A stretch of DNA of 63,213 bases from positions 97,709 through 160,921 of the forward strand of contig NW_018480063.1 of the NCBI RefSeq assembly GCF_002113885.1, written 5' to 3'. Source of the stretch: Mizuhopecten yessoensis (lineage: Eukaryota). How positions within the stretch are numbered: position 1 is the stretch's first letter; each line of letters starts with the position of its first letter. This document shows, one piece after another, positions 22,157 through 36,268 of this stretch. The translations under genes and the position numbers were made by a program. Below the pieces are notes generated by a model. That model was given only the letters and a program-made list of their open reading frames with translations, was not told the DNA's origin and searched no databases.

Positions 22157-24710
22157 ATGGCTGACCAATCATCTTCTACCACACCTGAGCAAATATACTC
22201 GTCGTATGTCAACTCCTTATCACCAGAAGCTAAGCAGATATACCAGACTAAGCTTTTAAATGGTTTAGGTACAGAATCATTACCAGATCCTTATGTTTTG
22301 ACCGACAAATGGAGCACCAACCCAAGCACCTGGCCTGATTTGACCTTCGGCGATATTTATGTTTATCTGATTGACACACCTTTTATCTTCACAAAAGACT
22401 CGATGAAAGCCTACAAGTCATAAGAGGCATACAAGTAAGTATTGTTTGCACATGAATCAGTTTAATTTTCATTTAAAAAGCTTGTATCGGTAATGTTTAC
22501 CTGTTTACCTGTAATTACTATAAAAAAATCACAGGTAAACATTTGCATATTGAATGGCATTGTTTACACCACGTGATATCCATATCACGTGATATCCATA
22601 TATGGTATTTTACTATATGGCTTACCTGTACAGGTAATTCTTCGAATGAAATACAAATAACTAACTTTAATCATAATAAATGTGAATCTTTGTTACAAGA
22701 TGATACAAAGTCGTGATGAGAATAAGAACAAAAAAAAGAGATCTACAATCAAACATTGTAGGGGTATTCCAAACATTCACAATCAATATATTAAAAGTAC
22801 ATATTATTGATTAAACATATATGCTAATATTTGTTTTTTCAGTTATGTTGTTAGTGGACATGTGTAGGTTGTGCTTTCACATCAAGTATCTGACGACTCG
22901 CCCTTTGTTGCCTTTAAAGCCAAAGTGACACCATCCCACCCTGCCAGGGACAAGCCTCATCAACCATGGGTCTACTTAGATAAAGCCAGTGCATCAGTGT
23001 ATTGTGCACACTGTACATGTATGGCAGGGTAAGTTTAATTTAAAATATTTTTTATTTAATATTAAATATATATATATGTGAACAATTGTTCAAAGTAAGG
23101 TTCTTAATTAGGCTTGAATATATTAAAAAAGTCTTTATGCTACAAGTCATATATAAATTATTTATGTTTGCTTTGCAGGTTGGGTGAAGTATGCAGCCAT
23201 ATTGGTGCCCTTCTGTTCAAGGTGGAAATGGGAGTTAAAATGGGGCTTATATTAACAAGCTTGACAAGCAAGGCATGCCAGTGGAATAGTACATTCAGAA
23301 AAGAGGTATTTGTTTGATATGGTGTAATTACAATTTAAAAAGTTATATATAAACTTATATATAACAACCAAGATGTGGTATGATTGCCTTAAACACCAAG
23401 ACTTTGCTCACACTGTATAGTAAGCTATAAAGTTAATTTAACGGAAAAGGTATTATCATTTTTGAACTTTATTCAATCTTTAAATACTTATCATTTATTT
23501 TAATCTTTCAGGTGATACCTGCTACAGTGACAGAGATTTGTGACAAAATTAAAGGCAAAAGAATCAAGGAGGTTGTCTCAGTCCAAGCTGATGGATCATC
23601 TATCCTTCCACAACCTGAAGTCCTTGATGAACTGTATGCTCTGGTACCAAATGCTGCATTTTTTACTTCCGTGACAGCACCCTCACAGATTGTAGAAAGT
23701 CAACCAGTAAAAACTACCACAGAAAAATACCCAAAGCTTTTACAATCACTACAAGATCCAGACATTGATAACAACAACATTGACAATCATTGCCAAGATA
23801 TCTTTGCCAGTTACTCATGTTCCGACTACCAAGCTACCAATTTGGAAGCCGCAACAAGGAACCAAGCCATCACCCCATTATGGTTTCAACACAGGATGGG
23901 CCGTGTTACAGCATCTAAAAGCCCATGACGTTTGGACACGCAAAGACACAACATCACCTGACATTTTAGTTAAACGTATTGTTGGCTATTCGTCATATGA
24001 CCTGTCCAAAAAGGCTGCTGTCAAGTGGGGAATCGACCATGAGGAAGAATGCAGGCAAGCCTACATCACCAACCAAACAACACAGCATCTAGACTTTGAA
24101 TGCAATTTATCTGGTTTCGTCATCAACAACAACCACTCTTTCTTGGGAGCCAGTCCAGATGGTATTACCAACTGCCAGTGTTGTGGTAAAGGACTGATTG
24201 AGATAAAGTGCCCATACAAGCATAAGGACGTTACTGTGCCGCAAGCTGCAGCATCTGACAAAGACTTTTGTTTGGACAAGTCTCTACACCTGAAGACCAG
24301 CCACCGATATTATACACAGGTTCAATCCAGATGTTCATTCTACAACTGACATTTTGTGACTTCATTGTTTATACTAAGTGTAAGCCTTCACAAGTATGGT
24401 TATAGTTAGAGTGCCCATTGATGTGACCTTTTGCTCTGCATTAATCAGCAAATGTGAACTTTTTGTAACATCCTATGTAATAAGGGAGTTAATCACCAGA
24501 CTATTGGAAAACCAGCAGCAAGTCGCATCACAACCGCCAGAAGAAAACAACAATGAAAGAGAGACATGGTGTATATGTGCTGAACCTGAATATGGTAGAA
24601 TGATCAAGTGTGATATTTCAGAGTGTCCATATCAGTGGTTTCAGTACAAGTGCGTTAATATCAGACGCCAGCCGAAGGGAAAGTGGTTTTGTTTGAGCTG
24701 CAGTGACTAG
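22157..24710 (+). pseudogene. SWIM + YqaJ (lambda-exonuclease-like) + PHD finger protein of the ISL2EU element
   Basis: Exons ~22157-22435, ~22843-23028, ~23180-23305 and 23512-24710. Motifs CAHCTCMAG|LGEVCSH (SWIM); WFQHRMGRVTAS, WGIDHE, LGASPDG, IEIKCP, YYTQVQ (YqaJ); CICAEPEYGRMIKCD...WFCLSC (PHD). Stops at 22421 and ~22865, frameshifts near 23920 and 24330. Confidence 0.85.
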
Positions 24711-25276
24711 ACTTTTCCATGAACATTGTGTAAATGTGACAGTGTGGTGTAACATTGATTTCAACTGTTGTAACTGATACATTTTGTGTTTTTGAGTACC
24801 ATTACTTCTTGCATGTTATATGGTGTTAATACTCATCAAGAAAGCTAAAGTCAAATAATAAATAATTTCATTTATTAATCCATAATGGTTCACATATGAC
24901 ATTTTCATACACAATAAATGGTTGAAACACACAAATTTACTGTATTTGGCAACTATGTATACATGAATATATTCATTTAAATTAGGCACTAGCAATTTGT
25001 ACCATAATCATGATGATAGATCAGTATAATGAAAGCACTAATTAAAGAACACATTTGTTGCTAAAAAAACCTTTTCCAATGTACATGTAATCAGTATTGT
25101 TATTTTATTTTGCCAATTCTTTATAATTTCATACATGTACTATGTTACTATTAATTTGATAGTTGTGAAAATTGTTTTCATTTATACATGTACTGTTCAA
25201 AAAACAATAATTGATTGAAATAAATGTGTATATATGTATTATACTTCTTCATTATTTGTAATATACAAACAGAAAA

Positions 25277-27345
25277 TCAAGACACAAGTTTAGGATGTAA
25301 ATTGCACACTGCTGAACATAATGTAACAATACTGTCTGAATGTGACACTAAATAGATACTCATTTTGCTACTTAAAATGTTAAAGTTTTTTAACTGTTCA
25401 ATTGCCCTCTCCACATGAATGCGCACATGCGCAATTCTTCTTGTCTGTTCAACTTCTTTTGCACTGAGTTGTGATTTACCTCTGGTGAAAGCAGGTATTA
25501 CCAATGAGGCATGACGAGTGGCTAACTCCTCTGCAATTAAAAACCCTCGGTCAGCAAGGACTTGGTCTCCCTGTTCCAATTTATCCAAGAAACCACTACG
25601 CTGAGTAATTACTTTGTCTGATGTTCGACCTCCAAACGCTTTTGAAACAAAGGATATCGCACCAGTAGGTGTTAATGACACTAAAAACTTTATGGTGTTG
25701 TGATGCTTATAGTTGGACCATGTTTGTGCCCTTGCTGTTAAATTAGCTGGTCTTTGTATGAACACCTCAAAACAGTCTATTATGCTGATACACATTGGAT
25801 ATGAAAGTTTAAAAACAACTGGCATATTCTTAATTAGATTGTCTTTATCTGGCCACTGCACTAGAAACGAAAGTTTTTCAGCTAGCTTTGGGATGCCTTT
25901 ATTAAATATATCCGATACAGTGGAAACGGACACATTGAACCGATAAGCTATATCTTGGTGTTGAAGGTTGAGTCTCAACTTCATCAGAATACACAGGAAA
26001 ATATTTGCCGGAGGCATTACTTTGCTAGGTGGTAATATTGTCAGACAGAATGATATCAACCACATGAAAATTGCTTTAGTTGGCACACCTGTGTAAAAAA
26101 GTGTTCTACGGTCACTTGATATTGCTTGATCACCAAATCTTGTATCATTGACTTCTTTTCTGAGAGCAATATTGTCTGTTTGTAACCTGCCAAGCTCTTC
26201 ATGGAGTTGCTCATTTTCTATGCGAAGGGCTGCTATTTTCTTGATGCATGGACCATGTAAATCTGAAAAATTAAAAATCAAATAAATAACAATGAATGAA
26301 TGACATTAACAAAACTTCAAATATACAAACACAATATATAGAAGTATTGTTGCACTGTAAATAGTAATACTAATAGTAAATCACAATTTTAATGCACTTA
26401 CTCATTAATTACAATACACTTACCATACTGTTTTATAAACTATGATTAAATTAATCCAGATTTTAATAGGCTGTAAGACCGACTTTATTTTGCAACATGA
26501 AACAATAAATTACCTTCTGTTGGCTCTGTTGGTGGTGGTAGGTTTTCTGATATGTCAAGTAATACTGTTGCTGCCTCATATTTATCTTTTTCTGCCTCTC
26601 TCTTTTGAAACCTCTCGAAGCGGGCTGCACGCAACTCTCCATTGGTGGTTGTTTTCTCATATCCCCCCATGTGGATTGAGGGGACATAGTCAGGATTAGT
26701 CTTGTCATTGCTTTTTTGACCTGAAATGAAAACTGCACATATTAAACGTTGATTAACAAAACATGAAATCATACATCACAGTCAATGCGGCTTGGTCCAA
26801 ATTAAATGATAAAAAATGAACAAAACAACAAGTGCACCAGGAAAGTACTGTGACTATTAAAAATAAAGAGTATAGACATCCTCTGCTGGAGTTTTAAATG
26901 TCATATGTTAACTTGAATAATAATTCAATAAAACATTCAGAGAACAATAAAATGACTTTAAGTTTTAAAGATAACTGTTAAATTGCTTTACTTCATCATG
27001 TTAATGAGATTGAAAGTGAAACAGCTTGCTCCCCCTTTTTTCCAAATAACCTGCTTCCACGTTCAAATGTGTAACCGATATTAATTAATTTCAGGACAAT
27101 TGACATATCAATAAATCTTTATATAAATGTATAAAGAAAAATATCTTACCTGTAATGAAATGTCGGTAACACACTCTATCATGATCTGCAGGCACCCATG
27201 GCTTCCCTTCTGGGCCTTCACGCTTAATAGCTGTTATCCAAAGTTGTCTGCGTATGTCAGGTTTTTTTGGTACACGATAAAAGCTTTTTGGGTTATTATT
27301 ATCAAATCTTGTAGTGCAGTTGATAACACAACAGGACACAACCAT
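25277..27345 (-). CDS. THAP + HTH + DDE_Tnp_4 (Harbinger-like) transposase, 3 exons, apparently intact (462 aa)
   Basis: Exons 27345-27150, 26720-26514 and 26262-25277 join in phase with GT-AG introns (1389 nt). THAP: CCVINC...FYRVP...W...VCYRHF...DYVPSI. Catalytic motifs IIDCFEVF, LADRGF, HVERAI. Confidence 0.88.
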
Positions 27346-30300
27346 CGTAATTAAACGGAAAACAGGTTATGATCGATCTGACATAGGCCTATGTAAACAA
27401 CATTCTTGCCGACGGTTCCCGATTGTCTTGCCAACCAGTCGGAAGTCACGTGACTTTGTGACGTCACGGCGGAAATCGCTATAACTATGGAAATATTGCA
27501 ACATCAAGAAAGCATGTGTCTGGAGTACTTTCAGTACTTTGATTATCTTTATTTTCAGTGTTATGATATAAAATAAGAGTTTTATAACATCAATTAGTAA
27601 ATTGTAAGGCCTATCAGACGAGTAAATTTTATTTATAATTCTCCTACATCTAAAATGTTAGAGCTAAATGTATATGTAATGAAGAACAAAATTAACTGCA
27701 TGAAAATACAGATTATACTTTGCTGATAGTGATTACAACCAAATCTACTGTACATGTGAATTATTTAATAATGTTCATGGATCCTGAATTCATAGAACTT
27801 TGTTTATATTGACGATATTGAAGAAGGAAGGTCTGAAGATGAAGATGAAGTTTGTTATATACTAATGCAAAAATAAATATTTCCAGTTAGAAAATTCCTA
27901 CAAAAGTCGCTGGAAGGGGTTATGGGGGTGTTTGCTGGTTGATTTCTTTGAAAAAATGTCTGATATTATAGTCATAGACGGTACGTACCTGCATTCTGTT
28001 TACAGTAAATATAAAATCAAATATTATAACCCCTTCTTCTTGTATTTAAATATTTCTCATTGCTAACATGATTCATGGTGAACTGTTTTAGCAATCCACC
28101 CTTTATTGGTCCAGGGTCAAGGAGAGTGTACATGTGACTCCTATAGCTAATATTACATCCATCACTGGTGGGGGTATCCTGAAATTCAGTAATTTTTCAA
28201 TGACATTTCTTAAATTGTGATAAAAAAAGATATTGGGAGAATATTATAATTTTCAAATAATTCTATTTTTTTTCCATGTTTTAGATATGCTTCAGTGACA
28301 CAAGAAATACATGGTGTAGCCATCGCCTTACCTGGTACTTTATCACCCACAATGTGACACATAAATTGTCGTAATATAAATTATGTATACATCACATGTA
28401 TGATAGGCTTAGCTAGTTACACTTGTGAAATGTGTACTGTATGTATGTATACAGATGGTAAATTATAAGAAAATGAAAACATTGCCATGAGATCTTGGGT
28501 CAAAAATTATAGTTGTATTTTGCATTAGACCAGTTTTAATCATATGCCCAGTACGACTTTGTCTGGGCATACTGCTTTACCCCATTTCGCCTGTGTGTCC
28601 GTCTGCTGGTTAAAGATTTTCTGTAATTTAGGGTAAATCTAGAAAAGTACAAGTGGTAGGCAAAAGAAACTTGAAATTATGTATTATAATGGATAATGCA
28701 AAACAAATATGACATCAGGTTGGGTGAAGCTTCAATTTTCTGACATTTTTGGGTTAAAAAACACATAATTTGTACTTCGCAACATTTGAGAAAAGGTCTA
28801 CTGAAAATAAAGCTGGGGAAAGGCAGCATTCATGTTTCTAGTTTTTCTTTTTCTTTTTTTCAAACATTCTATCTGCCCAATGATGAATCTACATTTATTT
28901 TGTGTGTATCGTTTCCAGTTTTGGTAAAACTAGCGGGTCCAACCATGTTACAGTATTTCATTATTTTCAGAAACGTTATGGTTCCCAACAAAAATTTCTG
29001 ACTTGCATGCAGATTCATCAGTTGGCCCCAGAGGGCCCAGATACAGGGTAGGATAGGGCGCTAAACATATTTTATATTTGGTTATGATTATTACATAATT
29101 ATGTACTACAGTAGATTCACAAGATTGCCTAAAACATATTGATGCAATTTATTCTCTGAATCTTACATGCATAGCCATATATTCTGATAAATAATAATTC
29201 TTCTTTTATTTTCATATTGCAGAGCTCAGTCGTCTCACTCATCTGATATATCTGGTGTGGAAAAAATGCATCAGACTCCGAAGTTTATATTGGTAATATT
29301 CAATGGAGTAGCTATCAAACCAAAAACATACAAAAAGTATTGATGTACAGGACTACACTTTACACCAAAATACCATGCATGAAGGTTGTAAGTGGGGCGA
29401 CTTTAAAATGAAGAGAGATGACAGAAATATTGATTAAGACTTCCCTCGATACTCATTTATAATTATAACACATGAGCAAATGGTTGTTTGAATGAAATAA
29501 TGAATGTGTGATTGAACTTCAGCAATGAGATGGATGAATATATCATGTAAAAACAAAATATGAATGAATGTATGAACTAATGATTGTCTGAGACTCGAAG
29601 TATGGTGTACGAGAGCCCTCCTGCGAGAGGACATTTATTGTAAAGAAGCTGAACCAGGGCCCCAACCCTGGCAGCTTTCAATTGTAAATTTAAATCTGGA
29701 ACAATAAATATTTGGATTTTTTTTTAAAGCATTTTGAGTTTCTCGACTCCTTTCAAAAGACCAGTAGACACAACAAAGAAACGGTAACCGACAATATTTG
29801 TCTAAAATTGAGACTTGTATACAGAAAGACTAGTAACTTGTTCTTTGTCTAAACTCCTCGTTGAGTGAGGTCATTTAAGACGAGAGGTTTTGGAAGGCCC
29901 AATACGCCAGTTATTATATTCCAACTTTTATTGGTAACTACATATTAATGATAAAAGATGAAAGTATATTATATAAATACATGTATACAGCAAGTTTGAT
30001 TATAAATGTGACTTTGAAATTTAACTGGTGATATTTAAATGTGGCCATGTTATTCCTTGATGGATTCCAACCAACTCTGCTTCAACAAAATTGACCTCTG
30101 TAACCTTCACCTTTGGTCGTGTAATTACCCCTTGTTCTATCTTCATCTATAACATCCAAGTTTAGAGCCATGTGTCTTGCAGTGATTCTGTTATTTTTAA
30201 CCGACCTGTATTAATTTGTATTCGCATTTTTGATAACTGAGGGATTTTTCAAATCACAGAATATGTATGCAATCATTTTATATATATGATATAATTATGT

Positions 30301-32827
30301 GGTTTATGACTGCATAATTTAAATATTGTAGGGAAATTAGTATGTGTACATTCAAACATTCTGCTTTCTTTATATCACAGTAAGTGTAGAATAGATTAAA
30401 ACTGGATCTAAAAAGTTATGTGCGTAATAAACACGTCTATAATCAATTGATAGGCCTATTTATCAAAGTTTCAATGACACAGGGTCAATATGCCTGTTTA
30501 CTTAAAGTTGAAACGTTTTCTTCCCTTCACGTTTGGTCTAGATACGTCTTTTGGCCGTTTTAATTATTTAATTAGTATTCCCGACAGTCCCAGGCAAACA
30601 CTTGTTGTGTTTTCATTAACGATATGCTACTGTTGCTTCAAAATAGTAAATACAACTTTACAAATGAAACGATGACATTGATGACGGGATTTAGATTACC
30701 CCTCATGGGACCCCATCACTGCATTGGACGGAGATTTGCAGTGATTTCCACGTTTATTGACATTATCATCAATACTGTTATATATAACAACAACATATAG
30801 GTAGGAATACTACAATTGCATCATACATGACCTTTGAAAACAATTATTTACGTATAATATTGCTGTCTTGTCCGCTAGTTGAGTCCGACATGACGGATAG
30901 ATGGCGTGCCTCCGTCTTTGCGTATTGCAGAGTTATCTACGTCATTGGTTTGTGTGAGAAAATTACGTCGTTTTCTCAAAAATTGATGACGTTACTCTCA
31001 CAAACAAATGACGTAACAATTAATCCCTGCTCACAAGAGAAGATAACTCTGCAATACGCAAAGACGGAATTGCTGATATCTTCACTGCCTCGCTTTCGAA
31101 ACAACCACGTGACATATATTAATAGATCTACGCTAAATGTACGCGGGGCTTCCCTGAGATTTCAGTGGTCAAAACTGCACATTGCAAGCAGAACTCGACC
31201 CTCATATTGCCCCTATAGCTTTTGAAAGACCAGAGAACGCATTTAGACCCATTTATTGTGTAATTGTTTCCCCGACCAGCCCCTTTAATGCTATATTGAG
31301 AATTAGGAAAACCGGTCTATTTATACACAAAAAAAAACCCGGTCTCTTTATACGCATATGAATATGATCACAGATAAATAAGATCTAGCTTATGGGAATG
31401 TTAGCAATATCAAGTAGGATCGCAACAGACCGATTGATAGTATATCATAATATAATTTCACCACTTTGACAGGTAAGTTATCATTAATTACTAATTACTT
31501 AAAGATAACTATTGGTTTTGAATTGTAATGGTACGTGTCATATATTTTTTATAAAAACATTAATTTTTATTACCTGTTATGCATACAAGTACATGTTGAA
31601 TGTTTTATATTTGTAAGCTGTGAACCTTTACATCATCTTACAATATGTAAATATCGTGCTTACTTATTTACATAAAGAGTAGATAAAGTTAGCATTTCTT
31701 AAAAAGATGTATATCCAAATTATAGCAGCTTTTGGCAAAACATTAGATAGAAAAAGAGAAAAGCATATTTTAGAGTAGCATACAACTTAACTTGTACTTA
31801 ATTCGACTTAAGATTTAATTGTGTTGAAACGTTTAGGACAATTGCGATAACGGGATACATAGTCAAGACAAATGAATTACATTTCATATCCCATATAGAA
31901 TAATAAATAAGTTCATCGTACTGAACAATTTGTTGTTTATTTTGTATATTCTCGGTTTGTATACTTGTACATAAGACATTTAAACAATTAAAACCGTTGA
32001 ACCTGGTTTTAACATGTGACATAAGTACAACAGATGTAACAGCGTGTGTAAAAATGAGGAGTAGCTATATTCCCAACACACCTCTGTGTGCATTACAACA
32101 CAATTAGTGTAACATACGTACATACTTACATACGTACGTATGTACGTACGTCCGAGCATCAAGTGTAACTGATTAAATAACCTTTTTTGAGGTCATTGTC
32201 ATTATCACTCGATAATGAGTCATTCTCGTGCAGTTATACCTTGTGCGTGTAGTGATACATACACCGACGCGTGTGGGTTGCATTACAACATATGAGTGAC
32301 TACGTTCGTACTGGTATACGGATAAAAAAAACATTTATTTACTTGTCTTAAGTTGTGAATGTGCTCAGTAACTTAATTGTATTATTATCTTCATTCCAAT
32401 AAGATATTTCTGCGTCACTTCATCTTTACATTTCTAAAGCTATCAATAAATTCAACTTCACTCTCAAATGAAGCATATCCATTGGATCTCCTTTTCAAAC
32501 TACTTTCTTTTGTTGTTATGACCAATAATAAAAATACACAGTCACTTTTGGGCCTATCCCTTCATCAGCAAGTAAATAATTATCCACCTTATATGTCATG
32601 CATATTTAAAAACAGGAGGTGTCACACACATATTTTTAGAAAATATGAAGTTTCACATGCATATTTTGAAGACCAGAAGTGTCCTCCTGGTTCCAATATG
32701 TATGTGCATAATTTTCAGGATCATTCACTTGCGGATGTAGAGCGACTGTTTATTTTTATATATCTTATTAAGTTCCCTATAAGAAAATGTTATAGGCATT
32801 TAGCTATTTTAGTAAAATAATGAAGAT

Positions 32828-32950
32828 CCCTGGTCACCACTGAATAGGTATGTCGTCCCTGGTCACCACTGATTAGGTATGTGGTCCCTGGTCAGCACTG
32901 ATAAGGCATATGTTCCCTGGTCACCACTGATTGGAAATGTGGTCACTTGT
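32828..32950. repeat. ~29-bp tandem repeat (CCCTGGTCACCACTGA...) x 4-5
   Basis: Repeat units are directly visible. Confidence 0.8.
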
Positions 32951-33156
32951 CAACACAAATTGTGATCACTTACTTACGTTATATCTTATAATAAGAGGAA
33001 ATTCGTTTGATATTTACGTATATGATGACGATTTTTCATCTATATATAGAGTCGTTGATAATGGTTCGGGTGCAGAATCCCCTTCACGGCGGATTCGTTT
33101 AAGCATGTATATTCAACATTTGCATGATTCAAAACGTTTGAAATTAATTATTTCAG

Positions 33157-33751
33157 ATTATTATGCAGAAGAGATATTGACAGCAGCAACAACCTCATTG
33201 ACACATATTGTTCTAAATGTGAGATCGACAGCTTGGTACAGGATAATATCGCAGGCATTAATGACACGAACGTGGGATACGTGTATTACATAAAAACAAT
33301 TATCATGGGAGAAAACAGAGCATTCCAAATACAGTGTACCGAAACTTTGGTAGATGTTCTTCGATTTGCTGACATTCTAAAGCCCGGGGACCACGTTAAG
33401 TTGCCTAGAACGTGGTACTCTCATCATGGTATTGTTTCTGAAGTCAATGCTGACAAATGGAATATAGGGCTGATACACTGGGAGAGGAAGGAAGGTGATA
33501 TCAGAATAAGGGAAAGCCCCATCCAAGTAAAAACTAACCTGATGTATCTTATACACTATCCTGATTCCGTCACCAAGAAAAACTCTACACAATTAGTCCT
33601 GGCTAGAGCTCACTCGAGGATTGGTTCCAATGGGTATAATTTGTTTTTCGACAATTGCGAATCTTTCGCAACATTTTGCAAATGTGGTGTCGCAAAATCA
33701 AACCAAATCGATCGACTGAAAGTGATGTTCAACATGATTGTTTATCAATAG
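33157..33751 (+). CDS. LRAT/NC-domain (PLAAT/HRASLS-like, permuted NlpC/P60) coding exon
   Basis: The frame is open from the acceptor TTTCAG at 33156. Motifs LKPGDHV, YSHHGIV and YNLFFDNCESFATFCKCG. Other exons were not identified. Confidence 0.75.
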
Positions 33752-36268
33752 TTTCTATGTAACAGCTGGGGTAGAGCTTTGTGGAAGAAACTTCCCGCTT
33801 TACGTGATTATTTGACCAAGCGCGGTTTGTCGAAAGTCGGAAGCAAGAAAGAGCTCTCGGCATTATGTTTCGCTGCATTTACGATGAAGCTACCACTTGT
33901 CCAAACTAGTGCCTGTATTCTAAGACAAAATACGAGATACGAGACACACATCGCTGTACTGTATATATTAACAGTGCGTACATCATTTAAATATCATTAA
34001 GGAAATAATACTAAATACAGATTTTATTTCCTCCAGACGGAGGACAGGCGCAACCACCGACAAAGAAAATTAACATTGTTGGGTACTTGAGAGAGAAAAG
34101 TGAGAACGAGTTAAGACGGGAGGAGATGGAATCACGTAGGCAGGAACTGGAGCTGGAAAAGGAAAAGTTTGGATATGGAGGAGATGAGGCACAGATTAGA
34201 AAGTCAAAAATGTGAAAAAGCAGCAATGCTGGAGTTACTAAGATAATTAGCTGGCAAATAACAGAAAAAACACACAGAATTGCAATAAAAGAAAGTTTAA
34301 GACTAATAAAACATTGAACACAAAATAAGTATGTTATTGTCTTTGTCTTACATATACAATATTGATATTAATTGGGTTGGAATCTGTTATAATGATTGGA
34401 TGGAATAAGCAAAAAATGATATATAAGAGTTAATCAAGCCTAGAAGGTATAATGATACACATACTTACGAATTCCTTTGATGTCATTTATAATCATATGT
34501 AGGGTTAATTAACGCATGATGAGTAATGGTGTTTTCCTTTTATTAATTGGTATGGATGCTTTTTGTAGGTATATTTTAAAGGTAAGTCAAAAGTCAGAGG
34601 GTCAGTTTGGTGGTTTACTGTTTGTTTATAGCTTAGAGATAAGGGCCCAATGGCTAAGTTGAAAGTCATAAGGTCAAGGGTTAAGGGCTTCCCTGGTGTC
34701 GTATCTTTAGACGGAAGTATTTCATATTTTCGGCATCAAAGAGGGATTTGTTATAAAAATATATGTGGTCATTCTGAGGGATTGAGCTATAAATAGGTCA
34801 TTATACTGTGGTAAATAGGAAGGGTCTGCATATCACTGTAGTATTAGATTTTCTAGTCATACATCATGCTATTTTATTAGACACTACCTCTGTTTTAAGT
34901 ACTAGGTGGTTTCCATAGTTTGTATTTAAAAGTAGCTTTTTACTTGTCTTGTCATTCTATCTTAAGTTTATGTTGTCTTATTAAGTAAGTTATTTTTAGT
35001 GAATGATGTTTAGTATGGCTTTTGGAATTATCAGTTTTTTGTCATTAGCTATTAGCTATTATCATATAAGTATATGATGTAATTATCTTAAAATAGCAGT
35101 ATATATAAAATTGTTGTAAGTTTGGAACGGAGAGTTAGTTGAGCACGGAGAGTTATTTCAGGTGGAGTCCTGGGCTAAGATTTGGATCGAGTCGAGGGAG
35201 GAGGATATGGAGATCTGGGTAAATTTTTAAGTCCTGACAGAGTATTGACGGTTCCCGATGAGTCAAAGAGTATCCTTTGTAAATTTGAAGAATAAAAAAA
35301 GCAGACTATTTTGTAGATTTTAGAATGTAGTTAGTGAATGGTGGAATTTATCAGCGTTCTAGGTATTGTTGAGTTATAGTTTTTGTTACTTTTGAGTAAC
35401 ATTTTTCAAACTTCCTAAGTTTTATCGTAATCTGTTAAAGCAGCTTCAGTTGACTTTAGTTTATTATCAGTTTAAGTGGTTATTAAAACGTGCGTCAACC
35501 TTACTTTGGTCATACAATTTGGACAGCTAGGACTTGTTACTCCAGAAAACACGTTTTATGGCTGTGATTTTCAAACAACTTACTGAAACTTTTCGCAAGA
35601 ACTTTGATTAAATTTTCCTGTAAGAAAATTTTAGTTAACTTTATGAAAACTTGTCTGTTGTGCTTTCCAATACTTTTGTTATACAGACTGAACAACTGAC
35701 CTTAGAAACGTCCACTTCTACTGCTTCCGCATCAACATTACTTTCACGGTCACAATTGCAGTCGGTTTGGTCCTGTGATTTGTACATATAAACAAAAACC
35801 TTCGCCAGTAAAGGACACTCTAACTAAATCCAGTCTCATTATTACACATGTACTTTGTTTATGAAGTCCTTTATCTTTTTGATATCTTCCGAAGACAATT
35901 ATAGTATTCTTCCACATAATGTTGAGGGAATATCTTTCACTTGATATTTTTTCCTTTTTCCATTACAAGTCATATTCAAATAATTAAGATTAAGTTTGTT
36001 TTGAACACAAACAGGAATTGAAAACTTATTTTGCGAGCTTTGCAAAAAAAGTCTGCTTCCTTTGCCAAACAAATAGTGTAAATGACCGGTGTCTCGACTC
36101 TAAACCGCTGAAAACAACTCACTAAGCCACAGTGTGTCGAATCAAGTGAAGTCAGCTGTCAAAAACCATAGAGACATTTCGCCCAATTGCACTTTTATAC
36201 TGCATGCAGTCAGGGGGTTGTATTTACCTATTCCGCCCCTTAGTGGATGTTAAAATGGGGTTATAAAG

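Larger units (their letters stand above)
22054..27480. mobile_element. ISL2EU (PIF/Harbinger-ISL2EU group) DNA transposon, full length, two convergent genes
   Basis: AT flanks at 22052-53 and 27481-82. Imperfect TIRs AGGAATTTTCG / AGCGATTTCCG, with a shared subterminal TGGTT(T/G)GCAAGA. Carries a THAP-DDE gene and a YqaJ gene. Confidence 0.85.

Noticed and set aside
30450-31288. Kolobok/Crypton-like MITE ending CCCCTTTAA with an internal palindrome near 30940-31017 (similar end near 51247)
   Set aside because: No matching opposite terminus was found, so boundaries cannot be supported. The 132-aa ORF has no recognisable motifs.
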